Shown piece by piece: positions 13,563 through 26,300 of a DNA stretch of 64,000 nt. Source of the DNA: Phoronis australis (lineage: Eukaryota > Animalia > Phoronida); contig NMRA01000547.1 in assembly GCA_002633005.1 (NCBI GenBank), positions 73,561 to 137,560 on the forward strand, in the 5' to 3' direction. Under the pieces are notes generated by a model. The model was not told the DNA's origin, made no database searches, and saw only the letters and a program-made list of their open reading frames with translations. Position numbers and translations under genes: made by a program. Every line of letters begins with the position of its first letter. Position 1 is the first letter of the stretch.

Positions 13563-14484
13563 CAGTGGTGGATCTAGGATATCACAAGGGGGGCCCCAAG
13601 ATCTTGTCCAGCTGTAAGCATTTGCGCAAACCACGATTGTAGATGCGCATAGCACTGAATGGGGGGAGGTCGGGAGGGGGGTTTGCCCCCCCCTCCCGCC
13701 CAGGAAATTTTTCTGTTTTTTCCTCTAAAAATCAAGCATTTTCCTTGATTTTTGATGTATTATCCAAGAAAAAAAGGAAAAAAAACAGGAAAAATTGCGA
13801 CTTTCACAGGCTCGAACTCAGGACCTGGCTGATAGGACGCGCGTGCTTTGCCACTATACCACCACAATTTCACTAATAAGTCTAGACTATACTAAGAGAC
13901 CTACTTGTTTATGGTCCACATCGTTTGCGCGCGAAACCTACTTCTTTTTGTTATGCTTATTACACGTTTTATATTTTGTGCAATCGGTTCTTAACAAATT
14001 TGTTGTATTTAAAATAGTCTTCAAATGCCCAAAAGACTAAATCCGTTTTTCGTGTTGGCAATAATGACGGGATTGCTTTGGAAATCGTCTTAAGTTAAGG
14101 TTTGACAAAGTTTCTGAGTGATTCACTAAGGCTTCGATTAAAATTCACATCTTACCAGCAGCTTCTGTTTTTTCATCGTCACTCAGGTTCCATTTTCTTT
14201 AAAAAATGAAGTAAATTTTCTCCATTGCACAGTGGAGCAGACAACGGAAACGGAGTCGTAGTGCGCAGCGCCACTGCCGGTCGCCTGGGATATCGCGGGA
14301 GAGCTTATACTTAGCCATAGTTCTGTTACGAATGTGCCGTGTTCCGAATTTGACACTTGAAATTGGATCTGAGCCCCCCCCCAAACACTAAAACTGCACA
14401 CATTTAAATCGTTTTTTCATCGGTATAATTTTAATTACCGGGGCAAATTAATAAACTTAACGTTTCCCCCTAAATCCGCCTATG
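13563..14484 (+). mobile_element. hAT-like non-autonomous DNA transposon with 5-bp TSD (hAT5-type) carrying a tRNA-like segment
   Basis: CAGTGGTGGATCTAGG...CCTAAATCCGCCTATG imperfect TIRs; perfect TTACT TSD (13558-13562 and 14485-14489); highly similar inverted copy at 60015-61006. Confidence 0.8.
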
Positions 14485-14508
14485 TTACTGGTGTACAAAA
14501 TAGGAGGA

Positions 14509-16271
14509 GCTGAACCTGGATTTACAAGATAAAGTTTTTTTCTTTGCTGTTTCATGTAGCCTAGGGTTAAGTAACCATGATTTAGGAGGGTGCATGTTTG
14601 CAACCCTTGAGCATTTTTAAAATATGCACATTAAGGTTGCCATAATGCAAAATTCTAATTTTGCTTATAGTTTCCTTACCAAGCACTGCTTTTTCGAATT
14701 TAAGGTCTCAAACTGCTGTGCACTCACTACACAAACTATTTTCTTACTTCATCCTCAAAAAAGAGATTCTGCAAATTTACCATACTACAACTTGCAAACA
14801 GATTTCCATTAAATTCACTGACAACAGAAACATGGGTGCAAATATTAATAACTATCCCCTGGTGTATGATGCAGTTATAAACAGAAGTACAATTTTGAAT
14901 ATGGCAATTGTAATTAATGTGAATAATCAAGAATGCAAATTCACGATGGCCATGAAAACGACTTGTAATATGAAAATAATCTACATGTAATGCCTGTAAG
15001 GAAATTATGAGCAGAAACAATATTTCGAATACTTGCCCTATATGTGTTTAAATCATGCAAATTTATCATGCAACAACTAGCAAACTGATTTATTAAATTA
15101 ATTGACCACAGAAACATGGGTTAAGACGGTTAAAGTAGTTTACCTGGAGCACCAGGTACTTCAGCTATAAACAAAAGTAGAATTTTGAATAATGGCAGCC
15201 TTAATTTGCATATATTATGCAAATTAACAATGTATCCACCAGCAAATGAGCTCCATTAAATTCACTGACAATTGAAGTATAGGTGAAAAAGGAACCTGTC
15301 TACAGTGCTTGTAAGGCAAAAATAATTTCAAACTGATTTCGTTAAACTAACTCATGATGGCGTTCTCCCGTTCAGTAACTACCAGACATAGGGGGTTGTG
15401 AGCCTGTGATATCATCTACCTCCTTTGTTAATTGCCAAGCACAGTCTTGTCTGGTATGACAACAAGCAGGTCAATTATCTACCAGGCTTATTACAGACCG
15501 CATATGAACATAGTCAAACCCAGAGCGTTTGGAAAGAATAGATTGTCGTGACTTTGGTTGTAGTTGGGCGATTTTGGCGATTCAAAAAAAAAACATGATC
15601 AGCATTTGACGAGGAATTCAGAAATGCTACTGGTTTATGTTTAAAAATGTTATAACTTAACTTTTGTTTTTAATAGCACTGCCCAGTCAGGCTAGATATG
15701 ATCTTGTTGGACATGAGCACAATTATCGAACAAAAGCGAGCTGGCACTCCAACCCTAAATGCCAGAATGGAATTAATCAGTCGTGTAAGATATTTGATAA
15801 AGGGGTCATCTTCTCAACTTGTTGGGCTATAGAATCGAACAAGTTGGGATCAACAGGAAAACACCATAATGTGACCATAATAACATCGGTCCAAATATCA
15901 TAATAGTTCACCTGTGGTGCTTGGTACCGTTGCTATTAGAACAAGTAAAATTTTGAATAATGGCCTTACTTTGCATAAATTATGCAAATTGATGATGTAT
16001 CCACCAAAAAGATTTCACTTTTAAATTTGTTGACCATGGAAACATGGGTGAAAGCATCAAAATAATCTACCTGCAGAGCTTGGTAAGGAAATTATAAGCA
16101 AAAACAGAATTTTGCATAACGATGGCCTTAATATGCATAATTAAAAAATGCTCAACGGTTGTGAACAGTCACCCCCCCAAATCATGATTAACTATGCCAA
16201 GCTACAGCAAAGAAAAAATGTTATCCAGCTAATCCAGGTTAAGCAAAAAACAGCATTTGGCTCCCGGACTA
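14509..16271. mobile_element. Academ-like non-autonomous element with long TIRs and internal ~145-bp tandem units; left tip missing
   Basis: Right end ...TTTGGCTCCCGGACTA (TAGTCC terminus); 14509-14643 is the approximate reverse complement of 16120-16245; internal units attaaattcactgac...aaacatgggt. Confidence 0.55.
15353..15871 (+). mobile_element. ~520-bp MITE with CAT...ATG TIRs (family copy 1), nested in the Academ-like element
   Basis: CATGATGGCGTTCTCCCGTT / AACAGGAAAACACCATAATG TIRs; collinear with 33218-33738 and 34446-34972. Confidence 0.7.
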
Positions 16272-16479
16272 TGAATGCATATTGTGTTTCAGCAGACAAG
16301 TGTCAAATATTTGATATCAAAATGAGTGTCAAATATTCTTGTTCCTCATGAATAATTGGTATATATATATATCTATATATCCCCAGGAGACAGTGTTTCA
16401 GATACCAATATCTTACTGGTGTCTGCATTTGAAACAGTTGAATATATATTGCAATTTCCTATTCTTATAAATTGAATGA

Positions 16480-16485
16480 TTTATT
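16480..16485 (-). promoter_or_regulatory. candidate AATAAA polyadenylation signal for the DOCK gene (would give a ~3.7-kb 3' UTR)
   Basis: First minus-strand AATAAA I found outside repeats downstream of the stop (another at 16801 lies inside a TE); position is inference only. Confidence 0.3.
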
Positions 16486-16727
16486 GCGCTAAGTTAATAA
16501 ACATCCATATAAACTGGTCACATTTACTAAAAGCATGAGATACAGGGTTTGCTAGAGCAGTTTCACTTTCAAACAATAACAGCCTTGAAACATATTTCTG
16601 ACATAAGGTGACCCACTACCATCAACAGTTGCCCTCTAATGATTTGGACACTAGTTTTAGACTGCTACTATTCCCACGATTTTTAGCCCAGTAAAGATGG
16701 TTAACACTTTTCAACATGTCAACAGTA

Positions 16728-17735
16728 AACAAGACAAGAGCAACGAAGAGCACTAAAATGTGTCCATGAATGCACCGCAAATGGTGTGCTTCTTGGAGTG
16801 TTTATTTCTATCACAAAAATGGGCACTACATGGCGCAAAATACGTTGAGTCCATCCGAAAACGGGACCATGCCATCGTTTCTTAATAGAAAGCTATTTGT
16901 TAAATTTCATAAAAGTCGCGAAAAAACAAATTCGAAAACGGTAAAAATGGCGCAAAATACCTCGAATTCAACCAAAAACCGGAGGATAGCGTCACCTCAC
17001 TACTAGATGACTACCAAATTTTATGAAAATCTGTTGAGGACCTTTGAAGATACAAAGGTTAATGCGAAAAACTTAGATTGCCACTAGGGGGCACACCAGT
17101 AGTCCGAATTGTCCAAAAGTCATCATACTCGGTGTTTTCAACTTCATATAAATACACCAGCAATATTCAATGAAAGATCTTGTAGAGCGTTTAGGAGATA
17201 TAGCCATGGGCGCAAAAATTAACAAAACTGTCACTAGGGGGCGCCACAGTAGTCAAAGTTGTCGGAAAATCATCGTCAGTTGCCTTTTTCACGGTAAGAA
17301 CATATGCCAATTTTCAAAATCATCCCTAGAGCAGTTTGACTGATAGAAGGGCGGAAGCCAAAAAACAGACTCGAAAACAGTAAAAACGGCCACCAGGTGG
17401 GGCAAAACATCTTGAATTCCTCTGAAAACAGGAGGATAGTGTCATCTCCGTACTGTATGCCTCACTAACAAATTTCATGAAAATCCGTTGAGGACTTCCA
17501 AAGATACAGTGGTAAGCGTAAAAAAATAAAATTGCCACTAGGGGGCACACCTGTAGTCAAAGAGGTCCGAAATTTGTCGTCATCAGTCATCAGCTTTACA
17601 GAAACCCATCTCCAAATCTCATCAAGATCCTGTGAGGGGTTTAGGAGATATAGCTGCGGACACCAAATGACGGACGCCCAGACAGAGATGACGGCAATAT
17701 GCGACCATATATAAATGTTTGGGTGCGTAATAAAA
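16728..17735 (+). mobile_element. HINE-like (Helentron-associated) non-autonomous element, full-length-like copy
   Basis: AACAAG start, ~150-bp internal units with ccactagggggc, then gacggac/cagacag repeats, GAGATGACGGCA and a terminal hairpin followed by A-tract. Confidence 0.7.
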
Positions 17736-17867
17736 AATCCTTGTTCAAATTTTAAAGCCGTTGTAGTCATGTAGGGTTACTAACCTATAGTAGTTGTAAT
17801 TAGGCTTTGTGATTCTGGCTACTAAATTGTTTCTAATCCCTTTTCATTAGCCGCTGTCGGATCAAAA

Positions 17868-18368
17868 GGCCCTTTCATATTGACTTAACTCCGGTCTGAG
17901 CGTAACGTCGACATAAACAGCGCAGTTAACTGGACCGTTCATACTGGCTTCGGTAGTTAATGAACATCTAAGTAAGTGGTTGGTGCCGTTGTCGTCATAG
18001 AAGTTATCGCAAGGGAGCGTTGCACGCTAAGATTTTTTTCAATGTTTCAATTTGAAACATTTACATGCGCCAAGTGACATTTAACTTATTTTTAAATCAA
18101 TTGGTTATTATTAGAGCAAAATATAAGCAGCTATTAGTGACGACACTACCTTGTAACTGTTGACGATAACAGTGGCACCTGGCGATAACTTCGATTGGAC
18201 CGAAGTTAAGCGTTCATACTGCACCACAGCGTCGACACTGCGATATTAAATCCACTTGTTCACTGCGATGTTAACTGGAGTTGTTAACTGCGATCCAGGA
18301 CCGGAGTTAAGTGTTCATACTGACCGCAACTCCCCAAACCATCGACGCGTCGTTAGTATGAAAGGCCC
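17868..18368. mobile_element. PIF/Harbinger-type (Tourist-like) MITE
   Basis: GGCCCTTTCATATTGAC...GTTAGTATGAAAGGCCC TIRs, TAA on the right flank, internal gttcatactg repeats. Confidence 0.65.
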
Positions 18369-19596
18369 TAAAGAAGTTGTGACTGCTTGTACGAATTCTC
18401 ATGAATATCAGTCGCTAATCAATGAGTGATTTGCATTTGCTTCTAGGGTTTGTATAAAACTAGCAAAGAAAGAAAACTAGGTCTTAGCATTAAATCTACT
18501 TGTTCAACATGCATGCGTTTGACCCAGGGTGGGGCCATATGACGTCCTACGGTAACCCTCAGCTGGTTTGTATCTGGAAATAAGAAACCAAGACATAAAA
18601 AGGGATTGTTTTTGAGGACCAAATGCAATTTACAAAAACTAAGTCAGATTCAACAAGAAAAGGAAGGGTTACCGTTCCAAGTTCCATACCAACCTGATAC
18701 TACCTTGGCGCCGAGGAAAAGGACGTCATATTTAGACAACTTTTGTGAAAAAAGATGGGTACATACATGCAAGATGAAAACTCATGAAACAGGGCTTCAT
18801 TTCAGAGCATTTTTCATAGGAACTTATGTAAAATTTGCGGAAAGGGAGAAATTATGACCCCTTGTTCACACACCGTATGGTTTGTTGTGAATTGAAAGAG
18901 ATAAAAAATAAAGAGTTGCTGCCAAAGGCCATCAAAAATGTTTGGACTTGCAACAAAAACTAAATACTATCCTTAGCTGTTACGAGTGACTATGATTTGC
19001 AGAGCTAATCTCCGTTTTTATCTCACGTGCGTTGAACTTGTCGAGGGAATTACGGCCATGAAATAAAGTTTTCTGTATTTACCTCCCATACTACTTCAAC
19101 AGCGACCTCTGACATGGAAAGTTCAAAAGGTAGGTCAATGTTGACTCCAGTCTTCAAACTTTCCAAATATAGTTTAAAGTAATACAGTTGCAACAATGTA
19201 ACTACCGGTAATACTCAACATGCAACCAGGCCCTAAACTGGAACAAAACTGTTAATTATAAGACACTTATGTCTCAGTTTTCAATTGCTGAATACTATAT
19301 CGTCTGCAACTCAGGTGCCTAGGAAATTAAAATATCAAATGTTGTTTTTTAACTATTTCCAGGAGATGTCACAAGTTTAGTGCTCAGTTGCCGTTGTTTT
19401 CATCTTTGCTGCCTCTTTTCAAGAAATAAATCGTTGCTTTTAAAACTGTTTCTTTTACAAGAGAAAACTTGCAACCTAACGCGCAAGTACATACATGTAG
19501 GATGTGATCCGCCATGTGAACAGTCTGAGTGAAGTATTTGAAAAATCTGCCGAAAAAATTTAAGAAACTTAGGAATTCGAAGCGCACGGGATAAAT

Positions 19597-19708
19597 ACAA
19601 AACCTACCTCGATTGGCGTACATGAAGTAATATCCCACTCGACCTTATTTCGCGGAAAAATGTCTCGTGGGATATTACTTCATGTATGCCACTCTCGGTA
19701 CGTTTTGT
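19597..19708. repeat. long imperfect palindrome, probably the end of a non-autonomous DNA element, in the putative DOCK 3' UTR
   Basis: GGCGTACATGAAGTAATATCCCAC...GTGGGATATTACTTCATGTATGCC (23/24 complementary), extending to acaaaac/gttttgt. Confidence 0.8.
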
Positions 19709-20214
19709 GTATGTATGTCTCAACAAGCGCACAACCTGTCATACACTAGTTTCTGGAGAATCTACTACCGTATACACTAGTTTCTAAAATTACTCCATTC
19801 AAACATGTACAAGAAAATGAAAACTGGTAGTTTCATCCAGAACACCTTGGGTATCTTTGTAGCTACAAATTTCCCTTCAGTTGGTGGTGGACATTATCAA
19901 GGGAGGGTAAGTTGCTCCAAAGGAAGTCATAATGTGGACACGAAACAGCAGACGATGCTGAAGCAACTACCAGCTACATGCTAATACAGTTACATACGTA
20001 CAGACGTCTTAATCCCACATCAGTTGCAAGTTGTCAGTTGTGCAAGGTGAATTTTCGGCTGACTGGTGAACAAATGCTCTAGGGTAACTCATAGTATGGC
20101 ATATCAATTCCATTATATAACACAACACTAGTTAACTCATGTGTTCAGATACGTCCTAAAATAAATAATAACTATGCCCTGGGTAATGAGCTGTGTAACC
20201 TTCTCAGTGTTCAA

Positions 20215-20331
20215 TCACATGTGAGTACTGGATGAGTTGGAGCTGACATTTCCACTGATGGCATTGAACACCAGGAGAGATGTACGCTGGCCTTCCAAGT
20301 TTAATGCAGTCTTGTCTTCGTCCGATAGTAA
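20215..20331 (-). CDS. DOCK9: DOCK-D terminal coding exon [38 protein letters not shown]
   Basis: tttcag acceptor, phase 0, TGA at 20215-20217; [10 protein letters not shown] matches recalled DOCK9 tail SLHIFNAISG; not in the ORF track. Confidence 0.88.
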   Translation of the reverse strand, partial: LLSDEDKTALNLEGQRTSLLVFNAISGNVSSNSSSTHM

Positions 20332-23300
20332 CTGAAATTTTAGCAAACAAAAGACAGCATGAAACTAAAATATTCAATTCAAAAAGCTTAAATAACTGAT
20401 TAAAAAAACTGAGACAAGAAAACCATGTATCTGACTGGATCTAACTGCACCCTTCTTTGATATAAGCTGGTACAATTTATGCTTAGACTGGCAGACAATC
20501 CAGCATTGACAGGGAAAACAGAACAATAGAAGTTCTGCCTTTGCTTTTAGCCTCATGAGGAACAGTGATCATGGCACGTGGATGTGGGGTTACAGTTACT
20601 ACAGTAACAGAGGTGGCTCAATCAGGATCGTCGGACACTAAATGATATTGTTTCTAGCATTTCTTCAACATATATATTTCAGACTGGACTGGGAGTTGAG
20701 TGAGATCTATGGTCCCATTTTTATCCCAAATCAAAATTAGCTGAAGCATCAATTTCTTGCAAGGTTAGCTTATAATTTTAAACAAGAGCAATGTTAAGAG
20801 GTGAAATGTGTCCATGACTGCATAGCAAATAGTAAGCTTCTAGGGGCAATAATTATTATCATAAAAATGGGCAGTAGATGGTGCAGAATACTCCGAACCT
20901 GTCTGAAAATGGCAAGGTGTCTTCTCTTCAATAGAAAACTACTAGCCACATTTCATGAAAATCCACTGAGGAGCTCAAAAACTCGCATTCAACTAGGAGG
21001 CAGAGCAGCAGTCGTATTTATCCTTCTGTGGTCAAATTAATAGAATATACTAGCCAAAGATCCTTTGAGGCATTTAGGAGACACAGTAGCAGATGCACAA
21101 AATGTCATTAGGCGGCACCATAGTGGAGTTCCGAGCAGTTGGCAAATACAGAGGCATACGGAAAAAAAATAAAAACAGCCACTTGGTTGTGCGGAATCCA
21201 TCCCAAAATGGAAAGGGGCTGCTATTTTCATATTAGAAACCTATTTCATGAAGTAACGACAATCAACACTGAAAATACAGAGGTAAATGTAAAACTATAA
21301 TTGCCACTAGGAGGCACAGTCAGACCTTTTGAAAAGTCATGGTCAGTCGGTCTTCGTCACATTCATTGAAAAACACTAGCCAAATTTCACAAAGACCTCA
21401 AAGATTAAAGACATACATGAAAAAAACAGTAGGGGGCACCACAGCAGTTGCGACCATTAGAAAATCAATGTTGGGCAAATAAAGAGGCGGATGCAAAAAC
21501 AGACAAAGAATGGTAAAATCTGACACTAGTTGGCACAGAAAACATCAAGTACGACTGAAAATTGAAAGGCCTAGTCGGTTCCTTAATAAAAACCAATTTG
21601 CCAAGCTTCATGAAAATCTATAAATGAACTCTGAAACTGCAGAGGCCCACTAAAGGGTACAACAGTAGTTTGATCAATACAGAACTCCTTATCATTCGTC
21701 ATCAGTACAAATGCACACATCTGCCAAATTTCACAAAGCTCCTACAAACGGTTAAGGAGATACTGCTGTGGATGCAAAAATAATTGCCACTGGAGAATGC
21801 CACAGCAGTCTCACCCATCTAAAAGTCAACATCACGTGTGGTCATCAGGAAAACATCTGAAAAAAAATGTTCACAGTGTTTTTTTTTGGGCAATAAGAGA
21901 GGCAAATGCCAGAAAACAGAAAACAGACTCAAAAATAGCAAAATTGGCCAACAGGTTTTGCAAAATACATTTAATTCCTCCGAAAATAGAATGGCGTCAG
22001 TGCCTCTTAAGTAGAAACCTTTTTGCCAAATTTCATGAAAATCCATCAGGAAACTCAGAAGACAAACAAAAAACTATAATTGCTACTAGCTAGCAAAGTG
22101 GTAGATGGTTCAATTAGAAACTTAAAAACTACCATCAACAGTAACACCTGTAAGTTTGGTTCCTACAGTATGTTAAGAGCATCTCTCTGAGCCCACTAGT
22201 GCTATAAATTGCCAAATGTAACAAACTGTTAGGCATATTGGCTTGCTTTTGTCTATGTCACTGCGAGAATCGCCTTTAATTCGAACAGCTGCGAATAACA
22301 CCCACATGCAATGTTGTTCTATTTGAACCCTATTCAATACAACCTTTTGTTGTTTGTGCTGGTAGGAAAAGGCAGCTTCACTAATCATTTGAGGCTTACA
22401 TATGTGTGGTTGAACTCTCGTTTTCTCATTTTACAATTTGGCTAGGACAATCTAGTTAGCCCAATACATCAACAAAATTCCGCTTTAAATTATCTGTCAT
22501 AAGCTTCATGGAAACACATGTCAAATCCCATTAAGATCCTGCAAGAAGTATAGGAGATAAAGAAGTGGATGTTGGAAGCCCAGGTAGACATGACAGCATT
22601 ATGCACCCATGATCATGTCTATGTCAGTGCATAAAATACCACCAATGAATTAAAAAGTTTCAGTTGTATTTCATAGATCCATAAATATAGAAACCTGAAA
22701 ACAGAGAACCTGCACTAACCTATTCCTACCTTTCTGGTGATTATAGTTCAGTTGCAAGGTTTTTTCAAATCAATAAAAATGTTTTAGGTGATTCCTGAAC
22801 TGAAGGTAATAAGAGACACACGGACCACAATGACAGGGCACATTCCACAGGTAATTTACATGCGATCCCCTTGTGACATTTACGAGATTCGACTGAAGAA
22901 ATAACAAACTACCAGTTCTTTCCAAGTCCAAAAATCACACTTGGCTTGACTACGGAATAATTTGAGATCAATTTCATCATGGCAAAAAGCCTAAAATCTA
23001 ACTTTGGTTATTAACAGAAAGCATGGGTTTAATGCCGCAATAAAAGCAGGCTTCATTATAAATTCAAGTTTAAGAGAACTCATGAAGCCTCAGACAAAGA
23101 ACAAAAGGTGCAAATTTTAAAGCATATCCTGTGACATGCCACAATGCATCAAAGTTTATGTTTGCAGCACTAACAAGGGATTTTTTTCAATATCTGGTGA
23201 TGTGTGTATTAATACACCAAGATAATCAGTTCTGTCAGTTTTGAATTGCACCAGTAGGCAGTTGAATAATTATTTACAAAATGTGAGTTTGTATAGGATA

Positions 23301-26300
23301 GAGCAATCAAGAAGTGAGCAATACGTCGCACACTTCACACCGCCAAAACAAGTAAGCAGGGCGGGTTGGGCATGGGCAAATGAGTAGAATTATAGTGATG
23401 TATAAATAAATATATCTTTTTCAGTGAGGTGTGGAAATATGTGGAAACAGTTTATCCCGTTTTACCCACCATCTTTTTGGTCCCATCACGTGACCTAATG
23501 AATTTAAGTCCGAAAAGATGTCTGCCCCCGACTGGAACTCGAACCCAGGACCTTCTGCTAACTATGCAGACGCTCTTGCCACTGAGCCATTGGGACCACA
23601 GAAGTCCAATCAGACTTAGTAGTGGGCATCTTACCCATGATCTCCATTGTGTGCATAAATATATCTTTTTCAGTGAGGCGTGGAAATGTGGAAATAGTTT
23701 TTCCCGTTCAACCCACCATCTTTTTGGTCACATCACTATTGAATATAAGATTTCTGCCCCGACTGGGACTCGAACCCAAAACCTTCTGGTAACCGTGCAG
23801 CTGCTTTAGCCACTGAGCCATCCGGACCACAGGTCAAACACAGAAATCCAGTCAGACTTGGTAGTGGGCATCTTGCCCATGATCTCCATTGTGTGTATAA
23901 ACGTGGAAATATGTGTGCCCGGTGGTCTTGATGGCTCAGTGGCTATGGTCTCTGCACGGTTAGCAGAAGGTCCTGGGTTCGAGTCCCGGTCGGGGCAGAA
24001 ATCATTTCGGACTTATATTCATTAGGTCACGTGATGTGACCAAAAAGACGGCGGGTTGAACTATTTCCACAGCATCATCTGATGCCATTTCATACTTAAC
24101 ACAGTGGAGGATGACTACTTCTGTGATTGGTTGTTCTCATTTTACATAGAATGTATCCATCAATAAATGCTTGTTAAACTCAACATCAGCTAATTAACAT
24201 CTCGCCAGACAGGGTTTGCGGATGTTCTAATTTGACAGCTGATCAACTGGTGGGGTTGTTTTTTTTGTTTTTTTTAATGAAATTGGTAGTTTTAAGCACT
24301 TTGAAACAAAGACAGCACACTATCAATTATACAAAATGTTCATAGTCCATAAGACAATTGTTTTCAGTTGCACAAATGGTTACCTCAATTTTAAAATAGT
24401 GGCATGTTTCACAAGATCCAATGTTAATTGTTTATTGTTGTATGCACTTAATCAAAGTGAGCTTAGATGACATCAGTCACTGTGAGAACAATATTTTACT
24501 AAAAATATGTCCATGTCTCAGACTTTTCACTTCAGCACAAAAAAGTAAATTTGTACTGTAGGCTTAAATCTCAAAAAATAACTTTAGCACAGCATTACAC
24601 CAACAAAATGTTTTTTCCTTTTATCTGCATTTCCATGTCACGATTATTTATTTTTACACAACCTGAGACCAAGGTAAAAAAGTCAAATTACCTTCTCTCC
24701 AAATATGGCAGACAATTTATCCACCATGTCTTTGAAGTTGACCTTGAGTGACTCATGGTATTCCACTTGATCAGATGTGATCAGTGATGCATTCAGCTCT
24801 AGGGCTGTACCACACACACAGACAAACTCCCTAGAAAATGGAAGGGTTTCTTGTGACATACTGTGACACATATTGTCACCCAGGCAATAATCAATGGACA
24901 AGCAATATCTTGTTTAAAACTAAAATGTCCAACAGGGGGTGCCACGATAGCCCAATTTGACAGATGCTGGTGCATCTCGGCAATAAATCCTTGGGTCACG
25001 TTTCATCAAAATCTCTCAAACTGCCATGACAATAATCAACAGATAATGAAAATGCTGTCAAAAAATAAGTTGTCAACAGGGGTGCTGTGGTTCTCGACAC
25101 TATAAAAATGCTAATTACTGCCATTCCAACCACACACTTCAGCCTTCAACAAAATTTGTCAAGTCATGTTGCCAATGAATTTCCTTGTCGTGGCATATTC
25201 CCACCACAGACCTATGCTTTAAGTTTCAGCAAAATTTGTCAATTTGTATTGGAGTGTTGAACAAAGAGTTTCTTTTTGAAAGCTAGAACAGCTGATAGGG
25301 TTACGGTAGTCAAAGCTGATGTCAGTGCATCCACACCACATTGCTTTGTGACAAATTTCATCACGATAAGACATGCGCATTTGGAAAACATCAATAGACA
25401 AGCAAAAGTGAACAACGCCTGAATGCATTCCGCAGAATGGGTGCATAAAACTAGACAGTTGCATAGATGGGTACAAATCGATAAAACATGAGTTGATAAA
25501 CAATGTTTTGGTGGAAAATAAGACAAGAAAGAGACAATGAAGCATAGCTTCTATCCCTAAAATTTGTTAACAATACCTGAACGTTTCTCTTAAAGCTTCT
25601 AATGTGGCTGCAGAATACTTGGCACCTTTACCCGACTGCAGAAAGGCCTGTGCATAGGCTAGAGGGCCTGCATTGACCTGAAAAAGGAAAAACAGAGAAA
25701 ATGTTAATATGTACCTTACCTGATCTGGTATAAGCTCAGCATCAAGTATAAGCCCACTCTCCACATAATCCTACCTTCATGCTTTTCAGTCCACTTCAAA
25801 TTAAACTAAGGCTAGCACAAAACTGCCACAAAAAACAAATCCTGACGGCCCCCATTCATTGCAAGTGCACGTCAAGCCATTATTGTTCTTTGTTCTAATT
25901 GTTTAGTAACCTCTTGTTTTGTACATAATACCATAAATTCCTAGAATATGTTTGTACGTTCTTCAGTCTGAATCCCCAGCGTGAATTGATGTAAATACAA
26001 AAAGACCAAGTGCAGACCATCATTCATGTCCCCCATAATGCAGTTTTAAATGAATGTGCAGTATTTATTCAAGACTGTTTTACTAAAATCATGCCGCAAT
26101 TATTAAGAAAAGCTGTTTTTTACCTACGACTTTTTGAGACAGTACCAGATTTCACAATTAAGCTACAGATGAAAACAAGGCCCCAATCTCACCACTGCCA
26201 ACATCTCTTGAGAGTGTTAAAATTGACATACAAAATTTGGGGATACACAGTGAAAAATTGGAGTTAGGTCAAAGATTATGGTGGTGAGTTGGTGTGTGGC

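Noticed and set aside
13643-13876. ORF MRIALNGGRSGGGFAPP, repeated at 60670-60921
   Set aside because: Similarity reflects two copies of a non-autonomous element; it starts at a non-distinctive ATG in a G/C-rich subterminal region and has no domain.
16770-17770. Multiple 60-110-aa ORFs here and in other HINE-like copies
   Set aside because: Chance ORFs in tandem non-coding units; frames are not conserved between copies.
23520-24000. Functional tRNA-Thr genes
   Set aside because: Non-canonical anticodon-loop positions 32 and 37, copy-specific stem defects and shared non-tRNA tails indicate tRNA-derived repeats.
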